A stretch of 64,000 nucleotides of DNA from Balanoglossus misakiensis (lineage: Eukaryota > Animalia > Hemichordata): assembly GCA_040954595.2 (NCBI GenBank), contig CM082580.2:5897519-5961518 (forward strand), written 5' to 3'. This document shows, piece by piece, positions 13,366 through 25,400 of the stretch. A program made the translations under genes and the position numbers. The notes under the pieces are model-generated. The model saw only the letters and a program-made list of their open reading frames with translations. It did no database searches and had not been told where the DNA came from. Each line of letters begins with the position of its first letter. Positions within the stretch are counted from its first letter, which is position 1.

Positions 13366-15257
13366 TTAGTCAGGGTAGACTAGGAACCCATTGAATGTGT
13401 TGCAATAGTCTGGGCTGGTACAATAGCTTGTATGGTAACTGTCACTATTGGGCATCACTAATTTGACTTGATCACCTTGGTTCAGGTGTAACATGCCACT
13501 CTGGGATTGAAATTCACTTCCTGAAGCAGGGATTGACTGAAGAAATGCAAACTTGTATTCATCATTCTGTTTGAGTCGTATTTGCAGGTATTTACCCTCG
13601 TATGAAATGAATGAGAAAGAGAAATAATAGATGCCAGGAACTTGACAAGTGAACACACCAGTGTTGATATCAATATTGGCACCTTCTTGTACTATCACAT
13701 CAGTATAGGTGATAGTTTGCTCTGAATCAGTCCCAATGACATAATTCTTCCTTCCAACACAGAATGCCACCTTGGCTTGCTGTACTTCACCCACTTCCCC
13801 TTTCTGACCTTTGACACCATCAGTTCCATTCTGGCCAGTCTCACCTTTTGGACCCTGTGGACCAGTCCTTCCAGGAACACCAATTTGACCTTTGACCCCA
13901 ACTTCTCCAGTTTCACCTTTTGGACCATGTGGACCAATCTTTCCAGGAAAACCAGTTTGACCTTTGACACCAGGGTGACCTTCAAGTGTTCAAGACAAAA
14001 CAATTTGCAGATCAGATAATACCTGCAGGGCATATTGTACATATATGTTGGATCTTCAAAAGTCTCAAAAATATTTCAACTCTTTAAAAATGGAAAGAAT
14101 TCTACTTTGAAATGTTTTTCTTAAATTATTAAAACATTGTGAAGCATGTTTCCAATATTTTATTGATGACAACTACCTGTTTCTCCTTTGGCGGCCAAAT
14201 TGCCCTTCTCTCCCTTCTCCCCTGGTTCACCTTTGACCCCTGGACCCCCTGCAGGACCTATCACACCAGGCTGACCTACAAAAAAATTACATACAAAAAT
14301 TATGTCAGTCAGTGCCTGCACTCAAGTCAAAGAAATTGTGGAGACAGAATTTCAAAAAAGCATGAAGATACCCCCCCCCCTTCTCATTCACAGAAATTCA
14401 ACCACTCACTAAACTCTCACCCATTTCTGTGACCCTCACCATTAAAGCAAAACAATTCACATTCACATTCATAGCAGTTGATGTATCCCCCATTTGCATA
14501 TTTATGTGATTAAACCAATTGTTATGACCAATAGCTATGATATCACCAAAAGTCTTTGGTAAAATGCAAGTTTTGATGAAAAAACAATACTATGTATGTC
14601 CTAGTAATTATCGCACGTATAAAAAAAGATATTGTATATTATATTATACCAGTATATTGATGGTGTAAATCACGCTATTTTATTGGTCGAGACACTACAC
14701 GTGACTGTGATATATTAGTCATATACCACAGTCATATATCATAGTCAAAGAAAATGCCTTTTTAAAATGTTTTATGCAAAGTTTCAATATACTGGCATAA
14801 TATAATAGCAATAAAACACCCCCAGCCATGGTATACCACTCGATTTTGACCAGTTCAACTCCATATACGCACTCGCTATCGCTCGTGCGTATATGTCGTG
14901 AACTGGTCAAAATCGAGTGGTATTATACCATGGCTGGGGGTGTTTTATTGCTTAAATTTAGGCCATAATTTTAATGATGTGTTTTGCTTTGCTTTTTTTA
15001 GATGGAAATACAAAACCTGAATAGCCTTGCTTCATGTCAGTGATTCACATTGACAAAGAAACCTAGTATCTCCGATAGAGGGCAGTATTACCTTGTCTTC
15101 CAATTGGACCTGGTTGGCCTGGCATTCCTGTTTGACCAGTTTTCATATCAGGCCATGAGTCTGGGCAAATACTCAGACATTGGTCCCCATCAGTCACTTG
15201 TGCAGTGTTGGTGTGGACAAATCCAAGCAGCATACTCATAATCAGCCAATAATTCAT
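13366..15257 (-). CDS. Secreted collagen-like C1q-domain protein, copy 2, ~292 aa
   Basis: Exons 15257-15092, 14275-14177, 13979-13366. Same architecture as copy 1, with an open frame to ...[11 protein letters not shown]. Confidence 0.93.
14639..14955. mobile_element. ~317-bp insertion carrying a ~146-bp hairpin, in the copy-2 intron between coding exons 1 and 2
   Basis: Absent from the homologous copy-3 intron (ATATTGTATA|ATTTAGGCC at ~20011-20030). Arms AGCAATAAAACACCCCCAGCCATGGTATA...TATACCATGGCTGGGGGTGTTTTATTGCT span 14807-14952. Confidence 0.75.
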
Positions 15258-18048
15258 GCTGGAAGTGAAACATAAAACATGGTGTTGGATTAATTCAGAG
15301 AATATCCTTTTATTTTAGAGGAAAAGAAAAAATTGCAAACTTTCTTTTTGGTTGACGGAAACTGATAAGAAAAACTGTTCATATGATACCATAGCTGGTA
15401 CCCTGCCTAAGTGACAAGCACACGATGCTTGTCTAGTCACGTGAGACACTGTTCAGTGAATATGATACCAGGATGTCTGTTCAGTATGTTGTCATCAGCA
15501 CTTCACCCATCCCTGCAGTAATCAAATGCCATCACCAAAAATCCTATCACATTTTGGACTAGGGAATACTGCCTCAAATTGTTGATAGATAAATGCATGT
15601 AGTTTCTAATGAGCATTTACTCAAAGTGAAAGAACCATTTATGACTGCTGCAAAAGTATTATAAAATGCTGCGTTGACTCAATAAAGGAAAACAACTTTT
15701 CAGCAGCAAGCTAGATATTCTATCGCATGCCAAAGGGAATATTATTGTCAAACTGTTATTGCTGTGATATTTAAGATCAAAATTAAGGATTTCATAAGTC
15801 TACCTTGCTTGCTTCGGTCTTTGTTTGTCTCCAAACCCAAAAGATGTAGATATTTCTGACTCCTCTCTGAACTCTGCCAAGTCTTCTTCACTTTAACCGT
15901 TCAGCCGTTGTTTCTTGGTGAAAGTTTAAGAAACTGGAGGTTGTTTTGATATCAGGTAATTTACATATCAGCAAGTCCACTCTTTTGTGGGAGAGTTTAA
16001 GAGGGGCTTTTACACAGTTTGTGTCCTTACATATCTTTCCCAAATCACTTTGCAAAAAGTCAACTTTTCAACTTTAATATGATTTTTTTAAATCCTAAAG
16101 GCATATACATAATATACCATTTCTTTCTATTACATTGTGCACATCAGTTTCTGATCAATAATTCCTACCTCCATTCCGCAGCAAGTGAGATACCAAAACT
16201 GTTAAATTTAGCACCATATATGGCCATCAACTGCTGGTGACTGCATAGGGGCTGTGCTTAATATTTATGCTTGGTGTATTTATAATGTCCACTGTATTAT
16301 AATGTTTGAGCCAGGCTCTGTACTGCAGCCATTTTAGCAATTCTTGATAAATAATCAATTCTTGGTTTTGCATGCATGATCTAGAAATCATTCATTTCAA
16401 AGGAAATAAGAAAAAAAATACTGAAAAAAAATTAAATCAGGTGTTAGGTGATAAATTCATATTTGTCCTGATTTTTTTGAAAAGTTAATATGCTTCAAAG
16501 ATTATCCATTTTCGAAAGTAAGCATATTATTTTTATTGATTTCCAATTTCCCGCGTTAAAAAAACTTTCATTATGACTTGATAATCAAATTGATTGTAAA
16601 TGTTTCATGACTGTAACACACTTTTCTGGTTGCATTCAAATAATCTTCAACAGCGCCACCAAAGTTGAATAACGTACTAAGGTCCTCAGTATCATCATGC
16701 AGCTACTCTAGTGCATTAGCAACATGTCAGGGGTTTTTTTGCATAAGAATGAAAAATGAATATTAATTTGAATTTTATGAAATATAGTTTCTATCAAAAC
16801 TGTAACGATTACAAATTACAGATCTTAAAATCAGCATGTCTGCAGTTTTACAAGTTATAATAATTAAAACAATGCCTGAAAATCTCACTTGTTTTTGGGA
16901 TCAGTGGAATTTTAAAATCTTCATGCTCATTATTGTTCAGGATCCCTCAGAGGGAGTTTAATTGTAAACCTTACTGGCATGATGTTTAAAATCAAAAATA
17001 AAATGGTAATCTTAAGCCTCATTCGACATTCTAGTCTGAACACCAAATTGTACTCTATGAAGAAACAAAAGTTACTGGCTACTTTGACCACTGGTGGCGC
17101 TGTGTGTTAGCGCAGTGACCGTGGCGCCCCCAAACTAAATTTACAGCTGCAGAATGATTCATTTGTCACCAAGGGGTGAACCATTTGAATTCTGGGGGTG
17201 GAAATTTACTTATTTTCTAATTCTCAACACTACATTCAAAACACTAAGCCCTGGGTGTCAAATCATGAAATGCTTAAACCTAAAATTCCCAAAGGTACTA
17301 AAGATCACACCTGCTCAAGTATCATCTATTACCAGAGGCTTTCTAACTGTCCACACTGTGGAAGAAATACAAACATTATCAAATTCATGGTACAAAAAAA
17401 ACAGCTTCACCTAAATCTTCTGAGGACTACAACCACTACTGCAGTAACTTAAAATAAACTGATTTAAAATTTTAAAAAGGAATAAGTGAGAGATACATTG
17501 GATGGTGAGAATATCAGATAAATTGCAACTATTGTTAAAAGTAGGTGTGGAAACTGTAAATTTAAATGCAGTCTGTTTATTGACATGTAATATTCTAAAT
17601 CACATACAAATATTTGGTTACAGCTTTTTGTTAACAATCTGGAATATTGTTTTTTTTTAATTCATCATGTGAAAGCAATATTATGGAAATATACTTCAGT
17701 GTGTAATGTATAACAATTTCCAGCTTTAAAAAATGCTCGTGTATATCAATTCTCTCAAAACTATTTTTTTAAATGAAATAAAACAGTTGAGAACTAGTTT
17801 TAATAAATCAACTGAATACATTATGGAATTTTACTTTGAAATTGGTCATAAAAGATATTCTGAAAAATTAACACATATTATTGTAATTATTGTAAACAAT
17901 CATTTACGCAATTGAAAAATATTGTTATGTCAGATGTTATAGTGAATGAGATCAAAAGTGTATTTTGCCAGTCAGACCTGAAGCTTCCACAAAATGGATA
18001 TTTGCAATGACTGAACTGGGTACCGACTGCTACTTCATTGTGATTGGT

Positions 18049-20306
18049 TTAGTCAGGGTAGACTAGGAACCCATTGAATGTGTTGCAATGGTCTGAATAA
18101 CAACTGCTTGTACAGTAACTGGGATCACTGCCCATCACTAATTTGACTTGATCACCTTGGTTCAGGTGTAACATGCCACTCTGGGAGTGAACATCATGTC
18201 CTGAAGCAGTTGACCGAAGAAGTGCAAACTTGTATTCATCATTCTGTTTGAGTCGTATGTTCAGGGTTCTACCACCGTATGAACGGAATGAGAAAGAGAA
18301 ATAATAGATGCCAGGAACTTGACAAGTGAACACACCAGTGTTGATATCAATATTGGCACCTTCTTGTACTATCACATCAGTATAGGTGATAGTTTGCATT
18401 GAATCAGTCCCAATGACATCAGATCTCCGTCCAACAGAGAATGCCACCTTGGCTTGTTGTACTTCACCCACTTCACCCTTCTGACCTTTGACCCCAACTT
18501 CTCCAGTTTCACCCTTGACGCCATCAGTTCCGCGCTGACCACTCTCACCTTTTGGACCCTGTGGACCAGTCCTTCCAGGAACACCAATTTGACCTTTGAC
18601 CCCAACTTCTCCAGTTTCACCCTTGACACCATCAGTTCCATTCTGGCCACTCTCACCTTTTGGACCTTGTGGACCAGTCCTTCCAGGAACACCAATTTGA
18701 CCTTTGACCCCAACTTCTCCAGTTTCACCCTTGACACCATCAGTTCCATTCTGGCCACTCTCACCTTTTGGACCTTGTGGACCAGTCCTTCCAGGAACAC
18801 CAATTTGACCTTTGACCCCAACTTCTCCAGTTTCACCCTTGACACCATCAGTTCCATTCTGGCCACTCTCACCTTTTGGACCCTGTGGACCAGTCCTTCC
18901 AGGAACACCAATTTGACCTTTGACCCCAACTTCTCCAGTTTCACCCTTGACACCATCAGTTCCATTCTGGCCACTCTCACCTTTTGGACCTTGTGGACCA
19001 GTCCTTCCAGGAACACCAATTTGACCTTTGACCCCAACTTCTCCAGTTTCACCCTTGACACCATCAGTTCCATTCTGGCCACTCTCACCTTTTGGACCTT
19101 GTGGACCAGTCCTTCCAGGAACACCAATTTGACCTTTGACCCCAACTTCTCCAGTTTCACCCTTGACACCATCAGTTCCATTCTGGCCACTCTCACCTTT
19201 TGGACCTTGTGGACCAGTCCTTCCAGGAACACCAATTTGACCTTTGACCCCAACTTCTCCAGTTTCACCTTTGACACCATCAGTTCCATTCCAGCCACTC
19301 TCACCTTTTGGACCCTGTGGACCAATCTTTCCAGGAAAACCAGTTTGACCTTTGACACCTGGGTGACCTTCAAGTGTTCAAGACAAAACAATTTACAGGT
19401 CAGATTACACCTGCAGGGCATGTACATATACGTTGGGTCTTCAAAAGTCTCAAAAATATTTCAACTCTTTAAAAATGGAAAGAATTCTACTTTGAAATGT
19501 TTTTCTTAAATTATTAAAACATTGTGAAGCATGTTTCCAATATTTTATTATTGATGACAACTACCTGTTTCTCCTTTGGCGGCCAAATTGCCCTTCTCTC
19601 CCTTCTCCCCTGGTTCACCTTTGACCCCTGGACCCCCTGCAGGACCTATCACACCAGGCTGACCTACAAAAAAATTACATCTGTCAGTCAGTGCCTGCAC
19701 TCAAGTCAAAGGTCAGAAATTGTGGAGGCAGAATTTCAAAAAAGCATGAAGATACCCCCCCCCTTCTCATTCACAGAAATTCAACCACTCACTACACTCT
19801 CGCCAATTTCTGTAACCTCCCCATTAAAGCAAAACAATTCACATTCACATTCATAGCAGTTGATGTATCCCTCATTTGCATATTTATGTGATTAAATCAT
19901 TTGTTATGACCAATAACTATGACATTACCAAAAGTCTTTGGTAAAATGCAAGTTTTGATGAAAAAAAAATACTTTGTAGGTCCCAGTAATTATCGCACGT
20001 ATAAAAAACGATATTGTATAATTTAGGCCATAATTTTGATGAGGTGGTTTGCTTTGCTTTTTTAGATGGAAATACAGCTAATGCAAAACCTGAATAGCCT
20101 TGCTTCATGTCAGTGATTCACATTGACAAAGAAACTGAGTATGTCCGATAGAGGGCAGTATTACCTTGTCTTCCAATTGGACCTGGTTGGCCTGGCATTC
20201 CCGTTTGACCAGTTTTCATATCAGGCCATCTGTTCTGCACAGTCAATTGTGCAGTGTTGGTGTGGACAAATCCAAGCAGCATACTCATAATCAGCCAATA
20301 ATTCAT
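18049..20306 (-). CDS. Secreted collagen-like C1q-domain protein, copy 3, long-collagen form, ~519 aa
   Basis: Exons 20306-20165, 19663-19565, 19367-18049. The collagen region holds eight 36-aa units, and the N-terminal CLSIC motif is missing. Confidence 0.92.
18483..19346 (-). repeat. Coding tandem repeat, 8 x 108 bp ([36 protein letters not shown])
   Basis: GACCTTTGAC recurs at 18483, 18591, 18699, 18807, 18915, 19023, 19131, 19239 and 19347. The inner six units are nearly identical. Confidence 0.97.
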
Positions 20307-20960
20307 GCTGGAAGTGAAACATAACAAAGATGTCAGACCAGAGTTTCGGATTAATTCATTGAAAGTGGTTCCTAAATTTCATGGCAAAAGAGAAATTACA
20401 TTTATATTAGGTTGACAGACTGATTAGCAGTCACATGATGTGTTTCATGGTCAGCGCTTAAGAAACTGGTCATATGATACCAGGAAATACGCTCAATATT
20501 CTGTGATCAGCTCTGAGACCTACACCCACCCCAGCAGAAGTACAATGCTAACACTGAAAATCCATTCAGTTTTGGGTCTAAGGAATGATGGCAAAAAAAA
20601 TGTGATAGATGAATGTACCGGTAACCTGTTTTCCAATGAGCAAATAAAGCATTTTCACAAATCACAAAATCAATGACTATATAAATACCAGAGAATGTAA
20701 AATGTTGCTTACATTCAATGTAGGAAAAAACATTTCAGCAGTTAGCAATTCCATCAAATGTAGAAAGGAATTTGTTTTAAATTAACAGACTGTTAACTGT
20801 CATATTGAAGGTCACAATAATAATAATTCATAACTCTACCTTGCTTGCTTGCTTCGTTCCTTGTTTGTCTCCAAACCTGAAAGATATTCTAGACGCCTTT
20901 CTGAATTCTGCCAAGTCTTCTGCACTTTCTCACAGCAGTTGTTTCTCAGTGAAAGTTTAA

Positions 20961-21000
20961 GAAACTGGAGCAGTTGTTTTGATATCGGGTCTTTATATAT
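20961..21000 (-). promoter_or_regulatory. TATA box + initiator-like core promoter of C1qDC copy 3
   Basis: Minus-strand TATAAA starts at 20997, 31 bp upstream of the A of CCAGTTT (20966), followed by a non-coding exon ending at the donor after 20840. Confidence 0.55.
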
Positions 21001-22406
21001 CTGCAACTTCAGCGAGTCCAATATTTTGTGGGGAGATTTTAAAAGATGCTGTTACAGTTTGGGTCCTTGAAAATATCTTTCACAATTCAACTTTGCGTAC
21101 AGTCACAACTTTTTCAACTTTAATATGTTTCCTATCCTGAGGGCCTACACATAATATACAATTTCCCTCTATTTGATTGTGCACATCAGTTTCTGATAAA
21201 TAATTCCTACCTCCATTCTGCAAGGGGAATGATACCAAAAACTGGTAAATTTAGCACCATAAATGGCCATCAAAAATGACTATACTAAACTTATATGAGA
21301 GCTATCGTTCATTGTCTCGCAATAGTGTAAACAACGATTGTGTCGTGTGTACATGTAGTTTGTATTTTGAGATTTGGTGTTACCATTTTCGGTAAGAGTA
21401 GAAATTGGATGATTGAGTGGTACAAATTATATGTTTTTGTGTGTAATTTTTTCATATTAATTTAAATGCAGTGTAAATACCAGTGGCTTGATGAAAATCA
21501 AACAGAAAAATCAGGGCATTCTCGAGTCTGATTTCATACATGCTGCAATAAAAACAAAAGGCTAGAAGTATTAAGGCTTGGAGGCGCTATGTGTCATGTT
21601 TTAATGGATGGATGGCACATATGCAGTTACTATTTCGAGTTTTAGCTTTTAGCATTTCACAAATCAGTCAATTCAGGGGCTTCTGTTTTCTAATGTACTA
21701 CAATGCCATGGTGATGAGAAAAAAATGCTTGAGGTTTACTTTGTGATGTATAGCGAACTTCTCGTACTCAGTTTGTGCTTTTCAAGCAACAAGGAAAAAC
21801 AGTTCCATCCACAGAATTACACTGCAGTGTAAAAACGTTTATTACATTGAAATATTTTCTGAAATATAATAACTAATAATGAAGATTCCGAATAAATCAC
21901 CATTTTTTTGGCAAGGAGCGCATTCTTTTGGTAAAGCTGACATAAGGCGGGTCAGTCACGCACCAAAATCACCTTTGAACATGGAAAGTTGAGATCTAGC
22001 CAATCACATATTTTCACTTGGCTGGCCAATACTTGATCCCACATGTAAATCAGAGGTGATTGCATACCAGTGGGCAGTTTGGGGAACTTCGATTTTTTTT
22101 AAACTTTAAAAACAATTTTAAAACGATTTCAGTTTTTTTAAATTCTTTCCGTGCCAGTGGTATTTTGGAGATGACTTCCTGTGGTAATTTGTCAAAATCC
22201 TGCGAAAGAAGACTTCTTGGATTTCAGAGTTCCAATTTATTTTGTCCCAATGCCATTCCAGACTGTTCATTGAATATCACGACTTCGTGGATGTTCAGCT
22301 TTTCCATCTGCTGGTGCTATGTCGATTGACACGAGATCGGCCTGTGGGAGCAGAAAGTCTGTTGCAATGATCCAACACACACACACACACACACAAATAA
22401 TCATTG

Positions 22407-25400
22407 CTACCTCTCGTCAATAGCTGCGTGTTTTTTCTCTTCTTGTCTGTCTCTCTGTCGCTCCAGTTCAGCTTCTGCGTCCAGAATCTCCCGCACTTTG
22501 TCCTTCAGGGATTCCAGCCCCGTCCCCTCCTTGGCGGATATCGGAAAGACTTCCCGGAATCTCACCGGCATGGACGGCGCCACGTCCGCCGGCAGACCGC
22601 TGTAGTTATCTGCCAGGGAAGGGGAAAAGTCGGCGTGTGAAACAAGAATCGTTTGAATTTAGCCCAGAATAAACAGTTGTCTGTTGTGCGACACATGATG
22701 TCAGACCTGTATGTACAGGTAATTTTCCTTCTGGTGTCAGACCAGGTCCTAGCTTAGTAATATGAGACCTGGATCGATTAATAGGATTTCCCGTGGTATG
22801 TGGTATTTTTGGCAAACTTAAGATGCATTCATAATTATAAACAGAGTGACACAATGTGTCGTAATTTTCTTATAAATGAGCAGAGTTAGAAGGCCCACAG
22901 CAAATGCACTCTACAGGGTGACCTTTATCTAAATTACAACAGAGGGTGCTATTTTGAGGCCTTTCTCAGTATTTTGATGAATTTCAAAGCACAACAAATT
23001 AGACCAGCGGAAAGACTGGCCTTGTTCAGACTGCTGTCTATGGGGTCCAGTTCGCTGAATGTTAGAAAATGGGAAATTTGAGATTAACGCTACCTTTTTA
23101 TAGCCTACAGGAAATTAATTAACCGTCTTGTACCACACGTTCAACTTTATGACTTCATGAAAGTCGAGTGAAATCCGATCAGCACAGAATGAAATATTTG
23201 AATGAACAGCGAAGAATGAATTATTTTTGACGCAACGAGTCCAGGAAAGTTATCTGAAAATGCTTCATCTGAATTGTTTTTTTTTCTTTCTGATACACGT
23301 ACAGTCATGCTTCAAAAGGCCCCTGTTCCTATAAACAATTACAAAAGTCAAGAAAATGCCTCTGCACGGTTGGACTGACAAACACCTTTCGCTCAGGTAT
23401 CCTCTCTTTATTTAAAATTTTACGAATCACCGATTCCACACAAAAAAGTACCTTCTTTAAGTCTCTCCATCATCCATTCAAGTTTCTCTTCGGACTCTTC
23501 CGTGTCAATTTTATTGATGGCTAAGATGGCCGGTTTGGTCACCAGTTCAGGTTTGTACAGCTCTAGTTCCTGAGTGATGACAACAATTCTGGATAAGTGA
23601 TGTTACAAGAAAAAAAAACATTCTTCGGGGTAAATAAATCATTCACCTTTGAAAATTTGGCCATGGAAAATTGAGATCTAGCCAATCGCAAATTTTCCGT
23701 GCGCTGGCCATGCAAAAAGATGTGTGGAAATACATGATCATAAGTGATAGCATTGTACTTCTGCTGGGGTGGGTGTAGGTCTCGGAGCTGGTCACAGAGT
23801 GGAGTTCCTGGTATCATATGACCAGTTTCTTAAACACTGACCATAAAACACATCCTGTGATCACTAGTCAGTCTGTCAACCTAATATAAAGTTTATAATT
23901 TCTCTTTAGCTATGAAATTTAAGAACCAGTTTCAATGAATTGATGCCAAACTCTGGTCTAACACCATTTTGATGTTTCACACCCAGCTTGAGTTATTGGC
24001 TGATTATGAGTATGCTGCTTGGATTTGTCCACACCAACACTTCACAAGTGACTGATGGGGACCAATGTCTGAGTATTTGCCCGGACTCATGGCCTGATAT
24101 GAGAACTGGTCAAACGGGAATGCCAGGCCAACCAGGTCTTATACAGGGCGAAAATGTGTTTTTTTTTTCTGAAAGAGTGACCTCAAAGCTACCAAATTAT
24201 GTAGAAATCATCTTGACCGGACTTCCCCTATAAAAATTGTCTGTAGGGGAAAATTAGTGATTTTTATTTTTTTTTTAAATCCTCACGCACCGATGTACAT
24301 TTGCACTTTGATTGAGACAAGGCCATACACAGTTTTGAAGGAAAGAAACAATGAAATTGACTTTACCAAATTTAAAAGTGCTACAGTATCTAGCGCTGAT
24401 CTGTACGTCCACTTATCGGACAGCTGAAAGCCATGGATGTCAACAATAAACAACAACAGTTTGGTTCTCTCAACGTGTTTCAGGAACTGGTGACCCATCC
24501 CTCGGTTGAGATGAGCGCCCTCTATCAACCCAGGCAAATCTGCCAGACTTATCTGAAACAAAGGACCAAGCGGCCAATAGACAAGACGTGAAAAAAAAAA
24601 AACAGCTGCAGCGAAGTACCCTGAAATTTGGAACGGGGTAAATTACAGATCTCATCTCAAGCAGACAGGCATACAATTCAACATGACAGTCAAAACAGTT
24701 AATTTCTACTGTCTAGAGATACAATCTAAGGCGTGAAAGTTTTTTTAGGATAAGTGAAATTCAGATCAAATCCTTGGATATAAATTAAAAACAATGCATA
24801 CGTTATTGAAATGTCATTTCAATGGACTGAAACCCCCAAAAAATCATTTCCTATACTTTTCTTCACCCTTGCTCAAGCTCAATCCAGAGCAACAGCAATG
24901 CATGGGTCATGGTTACTTATAGAAATCAAAATCTAGTTATGAACGGATTTTATAGGAAGAGATTCATGCGAGCAACTGCCAAAAAGTCAAAGAGGCATAC
25001 CTGTCTCCTGTCATTATAATGAATGACACCAACTTGTGGTTTCACTGTGGTAACTGAAAACAAAAAAAGGGTACAATATCATTTACAGTCAAACCTGTCA
25101 AAACCGAACCCTGTCTAATCTAGAAACCTGTCCTTCCTGTCCCTTCGACACTGAAGTGAACATCTATAAACCAGGTGCCTCTGCAAATCAAACAATTTTT
25201 CCCCATTTCTTTGCGTCTGGTTTTAATAGACAGGTTCTACTGACTTAACCACACATTTGCCGAAGTAATGATTTTGCCAGCTACGCTACAGATAACATTG
25301 CGATCATGGTCACTTGACAATCCAAGGCTCAACAAACTTTCGCCCTAACTGTTCGGGTGATGATTCCTCATTTACATCCTTTTTCAGAAAACACAGCACC

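Larger units (their letters stand above)
10540..17720. repeat. Tandem segmental duplication (~4.7 kb period) of the C1qDC unit
   Basis: ~10540-13005 aligns almost base for base with ~15259-17705. The ATGs at 10538 and 15257 are 4719 bp apart. A third, more diverged homologous upstream region lies at ~20310-21270. Confidence 0.92.

Noticed and set aside
18483-19346. CRISPR-like regular array
   Set aside because: Contiguous repeats with no unique spacers, coding for collagen, in a eukaryotic context.
18372-19509. Two 351-aa ORFs (+ strand and alternative - frame) over the collagen repeat
   Set aside because: Shadow frames: a stop-free 108-bp unit stays open when repeated. The Gly-X-Y frame is the one that splices in phase and joins the gC1q domain.
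22295-22410. Alternative GTPBP10 terminal exon after AG|GTAG
   Set aside because: It would need a ~52-nt intron made largely of (TG)n. The in-frame TAG at 22409-22407 already gives a normal-length protein.
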